Source of the DNA: a virus
IMG/VR virus record: IMGVR_UViG_3300045009_000924
Span: 39,249-103,248 of that record
DNA length: 64,000 nt
Strand: one strand, 5' to 3'
The position numbers and the translations under genes were made by a program. The notes under the pieces are model-generated. The model was given only the letters and a program-made list of their open reading frames with translations. It made no database searches and was not told where the DNA came from. This document shows positions 37,701-49,700 of this stretch, piece after piece. Position 1 is the first letter of the stretch. Every line of letters starts with the position of its first letter.

Positions 37701-40700
37701 TTATTTTCTCAAATTTGATGCCGAATCCGAAAATGGTTTGAATGTATTGAAAACAGTATTGATAAATTCCCTTCTTAAAGAATGGAACAAATCTTCAAAT
37801 TCTCCGATTTCAAAAATGATTAATGCTGCAGCTTCTGAATTGTTTGATGGCGAAACGCAAAAATACAAAAATCAAAGACAAATGGATTTCATCAGAGATT
37901 TTGCAAGCACCATATATGAAAAGACACAAGACTATTTTCGTGGCAAGGGAATAACTCATATTGGTTTATATAGAAGTTTAAATATCAGTGACGATATTGA
38001 AAAACAAATAAAAGAATCGATGCTGGATATCGACGGAAATAAAAAAATGTTTTTGGGGGTAGTGGATGGAAATCAACTCTCCTCATGGTCCAACAACATT
38101 GATTCAACGTTGGCGCCCATAAAAAGAAGTGTTGGAAAATCAGCGATACTTAAATCAATTGTTAAATCTGATGATGTTTTTTCGATGCATTTATTTGGGA
38201 TGGGCTCTTCTGATAATGAAGAATTCATATTGAAAAACAATAAAAGACCATCTATTTTGAGATTAATTGAAAACGATGAAATGGACAATTCTTCGTTATC
38301 AAAAATTTCCAAATCGCTGCAAAAATACGATGAATCTTCCTTTTTTTCAAATATTAATACGTATGCGAAAATAACAAAAGAGAAAGATGAAGAAACTTTC
38401 AGATATTTGGTGAATTTTTTGAACAATGATGATGAGTCATCGTCAAGGCTTTCTTCGGGTGGTTCATCTCGAGCAAAGATTGCACTGGATACAGCTTTCA
38501 AAAAAATAATAAAAAAATTCAGAAACGTTAAATACACAAAAACAAAACAAAATGAAGGTTCTGGTATTGACCCGTCCACCGGGCAAGTTTCCGAAATTGA
38601 TTTTATTATTCCAACCCAACAAAGATTTGACCCATCGTACGGGGTGGATTTATCGGAAGCACTCAAAGCGGGCGGATATTCAAGTATTTCTGTGTTGAAA
38701 TACATGGAAGGAGACAACTTTGACCCCCAAAAAAATATTATCGAAACTGAAATAGATTCAACAATTATCGGACCCGAATCATCATTGGCGATGGTTTATG
38801 AAGTTGTTGGTGATGCATCTCGTCTGGACCTTCGCCGGAATGAGCGGGGAGAACCCACGATAAGCGTGCAGAGTGCAGCAAAAAGAGCAGTGGCTGCCGG
38901 AATTGCTGAACACATGGACGAAAGTGCTAAGGAAATCAGTTCGTTGCTCCTCAAAAGAGGCGACGTTATCGATTTGTTTCCCGAAAAATACAGAGACCAA
39001 CTTAGAAAATTATTTAAAATATTTGAAACAGAAAAAGAATTTTTCGAATCTACGACAGAAGAAACAGATGAAGGGGCGGAAACTATTTTTGGTGTCGAAA
39101 AAGACGAAGTTGGTACACCGGACACCTCGTCATCGGCATTGCTTGCAGAGTTAATTGAAATAACAAAGCCAGGTGTTGAGCAAAATCGCCCAGAATCAGA
39201 TTATGAATTCTTAATTGACCCGTCCACCGGGCAAGTTCTAGAAAGAAACGCAAATCGTGCTTATGACTCATTAAAAAATACCTTAGTTGCTCGCTCAAAA
39301 TTAATTAAAGGATTTTCCTCCATTATTGGCCAGGGGGACGGGGTGGATAGAAAAAAAATTATTTCGCTTTTTCCACAACTAAAAGAAGGCGTTGAATTTT
39401 GGAATCAAATAAAAGATGATTTAACCAACGGTTCGGGGTGGAAAAATGGTCAATTCTCAAGAGCTGACATAGCTCAGATTCTCCTAGAAAGATTAATTGA
39501 CGACGCCTTTAATATTAACAGCCCAGAATCAGGACAAACAGTTGGAAAAGCTTTCCTCCCCGACCACCAAAGGCAAAGATTTGTTTCTATTTTAAGAGAT
39601 ATTGGCGGATTGACAGAACAAGAACTGTTCATGCTTGGTTACGGACGGGCAATATTTGGTGAAACGAATGCAGAGTTTGACGCGAGTGCATATTTGATTT
39701 TTGAATCTATTCGTTCCGCCAGGGTCGTCCCCAAAGACGCCCAGTCTGGCTTTGGAAGATATTCAATTCAGTATGGAATTCTTTCTGATTCCAAAGATAC
39801 AAAAGAAAATTTGAAGGATTTCCAAACAATTTTTGAACTGAGCCCATCAAGTTCACAGCCAGAAAACGACCGCCTCCCCGCACCCGATATCAAAGATGTT
39901 GACCTGATTATTGCCGCAGAGCAAGATTCGATAAGAGATTTTGGTGGAGACGAACTGATGCCACGGGGTTCCGTGAGAAACGAACCAAACAAATATACAG
40001 GAAAAACCTACGTTTTAGAAAATCAATTGAATAAAAGAACACTTCAAGTGCGAAGGAGAGAACATCAAACTGCAATACTCGAGCCACTTTTTGGAAAAGA
40101 AGGGGGCCAATTGGAGGATGTAAAAATTGATGTGTATGAACACATTGATGGGAAAATTCATTACTTCTTTCGTAAAGCATCAGACCCACTGCGACCACCA
40201 AGTGGTGAAATGGTTGAGCAACTTGGCCAATCTTCGTACGAAATTAAAAAAAGAGAAAATCAATATCCAAACGGGCTGATAAAAACAGTTGATTTACGCC
40301 TTTCTGGATTAAACATGGACTCTGCAGCCACGGTAATAGATAGATTTTTAACAGAAGAACACCTAAGAGAAAGAATTGAACTCATCAATGAGAAAATCAA
40401 AGCCGCAGTAAAACAATATGGAAATCTTGCCGTTCCAGGCGAAATTTCTGACATGAACGGTTCAATATTTCCCAACGCGAAGATGGACTCTGAGCTAGAG
40501 TCGTCACTTCGTCGTAATTTGGATAGTGCAAAAATGCTTGTCTATTCATTTGCATTTAACGAGCGTTATGATGCCAGAACGGAAGAGGGACAAAAAGCCT
40601 TAAAACGCACAATTTTGTCAAAATTAATACAAGCATGGGCTGGCAGCTCAAATAAAGTTCTTTTATCTACTCTCTCACAAGAACTGGCCAGAGAGATTTT

Positions 40701-43700
40701 TTCAATAAATGGAGCAACATCACTCGAAGACATGCTCACAGAAGCCACCGCACCAAAAGGAACTGTGGTTGGTGTTTTGCGTGAAGTTTATCAAAACGGT
40801 GAACAACTCGAAATACCAGATGGAGTCAAATCGGTTTTAACAAGCGTTTTGAAGGCGATGCACGAAAATACCCAACAGTATTTTAGGGAAAAGGGAATAA
40901 GCCACATAACTATATACAGGGGGATGAGCTTGCCAAATCGCTTGCTCCCATTTAAAAAGTTTTCCACCCAAGAAGAAATAAGGGCCACCGGGGGGATTGC
41001 AGAAGAATCTCAACTCGTTTCCGTATCAATGAGACCACTCTCATCGTGGTCGACAAGTTTTGATTTGGCATCAAGATTTGGTGGTGATATTTTTGAAAAT
41101 AGTTCCGGAGACAATGGGAGAACTGGTGTTGTTTTGGCATCAACTGTTCCCGTGGAAGACATTTTGGCAATCCCATTAACCGGATTTGGATGTCTCATGG
41201 AGCACGAAGTTGTTTTGCTTGGTAGGCAAAGAGAAGCAATAATAAATAAAAATTCAACATTAAGCAAATATCCAAAAGAGAAATTAAATTTTTTTAAAAA
41301 AATAGATTCGGATTTTGTACAGCCACTGAGAGAAAAAGAAATGGAATTGATGTCCGGGGAAGAAAGACTTTCCTCCGGAGCGGAATTCATGAATTCAAAA
41401 CTAGAAAAAAACATAAACAGTAAAGAAATATTGGATATGTCAAAAAACATAACCATGGAATTTGAAGATTCGGAAAAGACAAATATATTTAACAACCCCC
41501 AGAACGCATATCGACTTGGGCTTGGTGTCGATTCAGAAATAAATGAAGGGATTGTGATACCCAGAAATCAAAAAGGATTACAACTTAAAAACATTGATTT
41601 ATTTGACGAAAATGGAGAACCGACAGAAAGCCTTATCGATGATTTTCTTGGCTGGGCAATACTAAACGGAGAAAACGAATTTTTATATGGCAAAACAAAT
41701 GATTCCGATGCCGCACTCAATACGTCAATAACTGACGATGACATCCACTTTGACGTAGTCGACGTATATCCAGAAACAAAAGAATTTATTGACAGGGCCA
41801 AGTTTTTGGCGTTCGGAGAAAAACAAACAAACGCTATGGTTTTGTCAAAATTAAGGCAAATAGACAATCAGGGAAATATTCCCAGCGACTCATTTTTAAA
41901 TTCGGGCGCAACGGGGGCAAAAAACATAACTCAAAGCACAATTAGAAAGTTCAATGAAAACAGAAACAAATTTATTCAAAATTTAAACACTACTGGTAGC
42001 CCGAAATTGAGACAAATAGGAAACATCAGAAGGGTTGAGCTACAAAAACACAAAAATGTAAAAAGAGTTAGGTTTGAGTCGAGTCCGAACAACTTTGAGG
42101 ATTATTTTATTTTTGATTCAAATGACGGTCTTTCTGTTTCGGTATTTTCTGGAGAACAGCTTAAAAAATACATAAATAATTCAACTTCCAACAGACCTTC
42201 GGTCAATCAACTCAATCAAATGACCAAAAAAGAAAAACCTGTTGCCAAATTGCAGGTTGACAAAAATAAAACTGACTTTTTGTCAATGTTTAATCTAAGC
42301 ATAGATGAATCTCATAGAAATAGGGGAATAGCAGATGCAATGATTCGTGTTCAGCATGAATTTAATGCAAATGATATATCAAAATATGCGGAAAGACTTT
42401 CAAGCGGAACAAATTCAAATAAAAAGAAAGAAAGAAAAACTGTAAAAATAGGTACACCGGGTTTTAATAATAAAATAATAACTTTAACATACAAAGTTTA
42501 CGACAGTGAATCTGATTGGATTAACGAAAAATACCCAAGACCGAATAAAAAACAAATACAAAAAATAAAAGAAGCTGGGGACAGGATAATAAAATCACGC
42601 CTTGATGCTGTTTGGTTTACATTTCAACAACCAAATGGAGAAAAAATAAATTCCCCACTGCTGACGTACAGCGGAAGATTGATGATGATTGTAAATGTCA
42701 ATGGTGTTCGTGTCCCATTTTATAGAAGCAGTGGAAAAAATCCCAAAGAGGGAGTTGTTCCGGGACAGTGGTATCCGTTTTTTGGAATAAACACGAAGGG
42801 TCAGTGGTTTAATAAGTTTGACAGAATGAGCACGTACTACGATATTCCGGAACTCAGAGAGGTAGCAAAAATACTTGATTTGACAGTCGGCAACGACCTG
42901 CCCAATCCCGAAAAATTTCGCTGGAATGCAGCTGACAGAAAAATAAAACCAGGGCTTCGAAGAAATCCCAAAGGTGATGGCTTTATTGAAACAGATACGA
43001 ATATTGAAAAGCCAGGATTGAAGCGAGCGATTGCAGAAGAGATGAATAGGGATTTGCCAGAGCCCTTCCCGACTCCATATTTTGCTAAGAAAGAAGAAAA
43101 AGAGAGATTGGCCATTCTTGCTAATTTGATTTTTAATGGCAGGGAAACTAGTAAAAAGGGATATTTGTTGGACGAGGAAAGAATTTCTTCAGGAAGAGAA
43201 AAAAAGAAGAAAGCTACAAAATTCAAAACAATACCGCAAAATGACAAAAGAATAAAAGAATTTACAGAACGATATGGAACAATAGAAAAAGCTGGAAATA
43301 TCTACTTTGAGGAATCTGACGAGAATTTGTGGGACAGATATAAAAAAACGCTTTCGGATTACCCAAACTTAATACAAACACAATTAACGGAACCCGAAAA
43401 ACCATTATCTGCGCAAAACTGGAATCCAGGAGTCGCTTTTGCTAGGGAAATGTTCAATAAAGCAAAATTTGTTGAATATACAAACGAAAAAGGAGAAAAA
43501 TATCTAATTGCATTAGTAATGGACACAACAAACAAGAGAGTTGTTGCAATAGATGTAAATGAATTGAAAAAGGACATGCGAAAATACAAATCTCGCTTTA
43601 CCAGCTGGAATAAAGTTCTGGATACGTATACAAACAGAAAAAACCCTAATCACTCTGGTTCTAGGCACATCCGCGCACTTGTTGGATGGATTAATTACGA

Positions 43701-46700
43701 CTATCAAGGCAAGTTTCAGTCTCGAGAAATAATTTCTGGCTCGCAATATGGAGATGAACGTTTTGAAATTCCGGAAAAATGGGTAGTGACCGATGCAAAA
43801 GTAAAAGCATGGCACCAGGGACGAGGCATCGCAAAAGAGTTAGTGGAGTTTCACAGAGAAGTTTTCCCAGAACTCAATTTGGGCTATAAATTTAAAAACG
43901 AAAAAGAAAAACTTGAGTATTTCGAAAGATTTGACTGGTGGGAAGGAAAAGATAAAGAAGACGCTGAACAAAGAAAACAAAGCATCCGCGTGCGTGCCGA
44001 TTCATTGGGTGAGAATATTACGCAAGAAGATGTGGAAACACGTCTTCGCTCTGGTGGTGGCGATTCACTAGAAACAAAGCAAAAAAAATTCAGACAATCA
44101 GAAAAGTTGGCCCAAGCAAGAAAATTATTGCAATCAATCTTTAACGATACACCAGTAAAAGGTTTAATTCAAGTCGAAAATAAAAGAGAAGAAAAAATGA
44201 AAAGCATGCTTGCCAGGGGCTTGCAAAAAATAGGAATTCCCAATGATTGGATTTGGCGAATTCCCGGGAAAACAGACGACGAGGCGATGGATGAAGTTTT
44301 ATCGTTGCTGCCAGAAGAAGAGCGTATTGTTTCCGCAATATTGGAATCAGGCAATGGAATAATTGAAGCAATAGATGACGAAATTTCGCAACTTTTTGAA
44401 ATTTCACAAAATGGTGTGATTGATGAAAAAACAGGAAAACCAAATTTTGACCTGGTTGCAGCAAGGCTTCAAAAACTGGTTGAACTAAAAGACGAAATGG
44501 CTGCCCATACGTCGCGATTGGATTCTCTCGCGTCAGATATTCCAGGGCTGGAAAACCTAGACGAAACTTCATATGAAGTTTTGCTTGGTGTTGCGCTTGG
44601 CAAGAACCGAACCAAAGAGCAATCAAAAATCAAAAGCGTTCCATATGCGGTAGACGCAAAAACATTTGTAAAAACTTTAAGAGATGTACTGAGTATTGTA
44701 AATTCTTCAAATAGTGAAGCGGAAAAAAATAACACGCTAACAAATAGGAGAATGAGGATTAGCGACCCGCGACGCATTGATGATTTGGCAATTGGTCGCA
44801 CCTCTATAGTAAATAAAGTTGAAAGAAATGAACAGGGAATACACAAAGTTGAATTTGTTGGCAAAAAACTTAAAAATATAACACGCAGTCAACTGGCACA
44901 AGACGAAAATGACCCATCCGGGTTTTACGAAATGCGAAAACCAACAGAAATTGTAGGAACATTAACAGAAGAAGAAAAAAATCTTATTGAGAAAAACCCG
45001 AACGTGGTAAGCGACCTCTTGGCAATACTTAGAGAATCGCAGCTAACTGCTGAGAATATAGTCCGCGACTTTGTATCCGGTGATATGGATGTTGATGAAA
45101 AAACAGAAAAACAAATTCCATTGCTTCAGCTAAGCGACGAAAGCATTTTGCGCTCATTTGAGAAATATGACATGTTTTGGTTAGCGCCTTACTCAAGTGG
45201 GGATTGGTCTTACGTTGACGAGAGAAATTGGGGAAAGTCATATGATTTCTTAACTGACGATGAAAAAAGAAATCTTAAAGAATTGAGAGAAAAGATAGAA
45301 GCTGAAAAATTATTAATAGAACAAGGTTTGCCCAGAACAATGTCACAAGAAGAGTACGAAAAGCTGGTGGTTGCGCGGGAGCAGATGCTTTCTTCTAAGG
45401 TGGCGATTAAGTTTACTCCATATCTTGGTGAAGCAGAGATAACCAGTTTGCCCCTGGGCAATGGCAATGGATATGCTGTTTCAATTAAGAACTTCGGTGA
45501 CGATATTGTTATCAGAAAATCGGGAGCGTGGGGAACTGACAGGGTAGACCTAGTCGACTTGCCTCCCAAATACCAGAATTTTATAAAAGATATGGAAGAA
45601 AACCTTAGAGCATTCCTTGCCATTTCTGGAGAAGATAGAAAAAAAATATTTCTTTCGCAGGTGCGAAAATTTTTTGAATCTGAACAAGTCCAATCGATAG
45701 AACGAGCAGTTTTTAACACCAACACAAAGAGTGACATAGTTCTTGCGGACGGTTCCGTAATACCAGCAGGAACAACTCTTGGGGCAATGAGAGAACGGAC
45801 CAGGGCGGCGTCCAGGAAGATTGCCGCATGGGAAAAAGAGCTTGTTGAATTAATAGTAGAACATAACGAAAAGATTTCGTGGGATGAAACAACAATCAGA
45901 ACTTTGCAAGATTTGAGCCAACTGCAGAATTCTTTGAGTACAGAAGAAATAAATCAAATATGGAAAGAAGCAGGGCACGAAAAAATTAAGTCTTGGGCAA
46001 AAACAAGAATTTTGAGACTTCGACAACAAAAAATAATTGAAGCACTTGAATCCGTCGGAGTAACTTTTACCAACCCGGAAGATATAGATAAAGAATTTTA
46101 CGACATCACAAACGAACCAAATCGAAAGAGTATTGCTTCTGGTACGCCCAGTAAAGTTTATAAAATTTGGGAAATAAAAAATTCCAAAGATTCAACGGTG
46201 AGAACAAATGTACAATTGAAAGGAGATTTGCTATATCCATTGCTTGATGCTCAAGACAGAATTTTGAGAATGATACCGAAATCCCTTACAGATGGTTCTC
46301 TTTCTGAACAGCTTTCGTCCGTTCCGGACTACATTTACAGTCCGTATGTTACTTCTCAACGAAAACAAGTTGGCGAAAAAAGAGGCGTGCTTAGATTAAT
46401 TTCATTTTTGGGTTTTGGTAGAGATAGTGCTAATCATAGGGCAAATCACGGAGACTTTTACGACGAAAACGGAAATATCGTGTCAATAATATCCAGCGCC
46501 CGTATTCCAACGTTGGGTGGAAAACTTTTTAAAAAGGACGACACAGACATACAGAACTGGGAAAGGGTTCAGCTTCACGAAACTGTACATGGCGTAGAAA
46601 CAGTTAATCCATGGTTGGGTGCTCTTCAACATATTTTTTGGTTAAGCAGAAGAAAAAAGGGAGAAAAATTGAAAAAACTTAGCGACATTGTTACAGCAAA

Positions 46701-49700
46701 AGGAGGACATGGTCATTACACCGATAATGAAGTTGCACTCGAGGACGATTGGAAATTTGCATATGCTGGCAAAAAATACGGAGGCCCTGATTTGTATGAA
46801 AGAAATGAGACATGGGAAATATTAACAACTGGAATGGAAAGGCTGTTTTTTGGAAGTCGAAATTTGGAAGTTGAAGACGAGATAGATAGAGACCATTTGA
46901 ATTTTGTTGTCGGTGTTTTGGCCCTAAGCGCTACAAAACCAGGAAACAGTCCTATTCAAATTCCCAAAACAGAAAGACTTTCCTCTGGTTCGCTTCCATC
47001 TAGCTCAGATGAAAAACGCGCTTTAAAACGACTTTCCTCTGGGCGGAAAAATGAAATAGACGAAAATGGACGATTTGTGGCAATCGAGAGACAAGAGGAC
47101 GATAAATTTAAATCGCGCAATTTTCTGCTGAGTCAGGCGTACGCATTCACCGACCTTTCGGACGAAAAAATAAAAGAAATCACAACTTCTGACAAAGGTT
47201 ATTACGGTTTTGCAAAATCCGAGGCAAGCCAATTTAGAGATTTTAAGTTGGAAGTAGGTACCAAACGCGAAGACTATCTAGAAAACATAGAAAAATATCT
47301 AAAATTAGATACGACGTACTATGAAGAATCCGTTCCCGGATTATCGAGCGACACCTTACTTTATCAGATTGCAACAATTCGAGCTACACAAAGTAACATT
47401 GAACATCTTGTTGATTATTTTAGTGAAAACGATTCTTCGCCATCTCTTCTGTCGCTTATTGCTTCACAAGCCGTCTTTGACAGAGTCCTGCCGGCATTTG
47501 ACAATATGATTCATGGCTCTGCGAGAAAAAAAGAATACAGAAGAGAAGCAGAAGAGGCGGCAGTGCGCCTATCAAAAACTGCACAACATTATATTTCGAA
47601 TTTCAAGAATGCACTACAAACAGGCGAAGCAAAAGAAGAGTCATTTGATGAACTGATTAGGTTTTTCGCCAAAGAATTAAAAAAATTAAAAAAACAACAG
47701 GCGCGAAAAAACACAATGGCAACAAACACCAACATATTGGACAATAGGTTGTCCTTTGTCGAACCAGTACTACGAGATTTAATGTCGCATCGCGAAAAAG
47801 TGCATCGACTCAATCATCCGGAATTGCCGTTTAACACTTCGGCAGAAAATGTTGACCGCGCATATGTGGCATCCTCGATTTTTTCGGGCTCCCTGATGGG
47901 TTCCTGGATACACCAATCTGATAGTCTTGGTGCAAACATATTTAGATATATCGTCGGTGATTCTCTAACAGAAAGTATTGCAAATTCAAAGCCAGAGTCA
48001 TTAGAAAGACAGAAAACCATAAAAGCAGCAGCTTCACTGTTGGATAAATTTGGTTTTGCTGAGGACGCCGAAAGGGGTCTTGTGTCAGTGGGTGCAATTC
48101 GCTCGATTGCGCGCGCAGTATATCGCTCAACGCAAGAGACCCTCAGGCGTAATGGAATTCGTTCAATCAAGCTCTATCGTGGCTCGTCGAATGAGGAGTT
48201 GCGACAAAAATTAGATTCTGTACCAGGTGATGAGATGATTACTGACCTGCGTCTCAGGCCAATAAGCAGCTGGACCTTTTCGGACGAACTGGCTCATGGA
48301 TTTTATGGAAACTATATCAAATATGGCCAATTTGAACCAGAAAAAGAGAATGCAAGTCGACCAGATTATAAACCGTACAAACCGGAATTGCAACAAAAAA
48401 TATTTGATAATCATGTTGTATATGAGGCCGACATACCAGCAGAGCAGGTGTTTTCCTTGCCTGTTTTCGGAGCAGAAGATGAAGTTCTCGTTATTGGGCC
48501 AACAGCCAAAAAAGCTAAAGTCATTCGAGGCGACTTTACAAAACGAAAACATCAACCAAAAGTGATATTGCCGTCAGAAAGACTTTCATCAGGTGGAAAA
48601 AAAACAATAGAAAGAATGAAAAAAGCCAAAATTCCAGATTTTGCCGTAAGGGCAATTTTATCGGAGGCAACAAAATACAACTCCCCGTATGAATTTTACA
48701 CTGCTTTTACCCTAAAGGGGATGGAAGGTGTGTACACGCATTTGACCTCAGATAAAAATTTTAAAATAGACCCCCGAAAAACAACATTCGCCGGCAGTAA
48801 TTTCACAACAGAACCAGGCCTGTTTGTCAGTATGAGCCCAGAATTTTGGAAGAGCACGTTCAACGAAGAAATTTCGAGTACGGAGAACATAACCCCAAAA
48901 AGAAAAAGACAAATGAAGTCCCAAAAAGCACAATACTTGGCGATTATCACCATGGCGAACGCTCCAAGTGGTTCATATATGAACACTAATACTGGTGAGG
49001 GAAATCAGATTCTTCTACGCCCGCAAGCCCTGCTTAACGCTGAGGTTCATCGCGTCATGCCATACAAAGAGGGTGTCAGATATTTCAACAGACTTCGCGA
49101 CAGGATTTACAACGTGATTACAGATGGGGATTTAGTTAACGGCGGGAATATCAAAGAGGAGCTTGAGGGTATTTGGCATTATGCAAATACCCAGAGTGAG
49201 CGTTTGTCCTCAGCCCAAAAAGCTAAAGTCATTCGAGGCGACTCTACAAAACGAAGACAAAGAAGAAAGAGATTGTCGTCAGAACGACTCTCTTCGGGTA
49301 TCGAACTTTTCCCCGTAGGAGAAGTTGCTGAACCGCCAAGGACAACCCAAGAAAAACTCGACCAAGGTCCAAAATCTTTGCAATTTGGAAGAGGTTCAAA
49401 CGGCACACCACGAGTTGCCGAACTTGCAGAATTGAAAAAAGTTTACGGAAATAGTGTAGGTCAAAATAGGAGATATTTTGCTAACAAATATAGAAATTAC
49501 AATCTGAAATTTAATTTTAAAAGACCTCCGGTAAAAGGCAACCCTCTTGACATCCATGCTTATTACGGACAACTTCAGGCCATGGATGATGTTCTGTCAG
49601 TGCTTGACGAAAGTGGAGCTGCGGCAATGCTTGTCGATACAGAATTTATTATTAACCAGGCAGGCTTTTCTGTGAGAGGCGTTCCCGTCGGAGCTCTTGG

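Noticed and set aside
13421-48587. Palindromic GAAAG-A-CTTTC at five linkers (13421, 41362, 42391, 46972, 48577) as a site-specific recombination site
   Set aside because: It is E-R-L-S in the phage's preferred codons. Most other linkers use different codons, and no recombinase is visible in the window. It may still act as microhomology.
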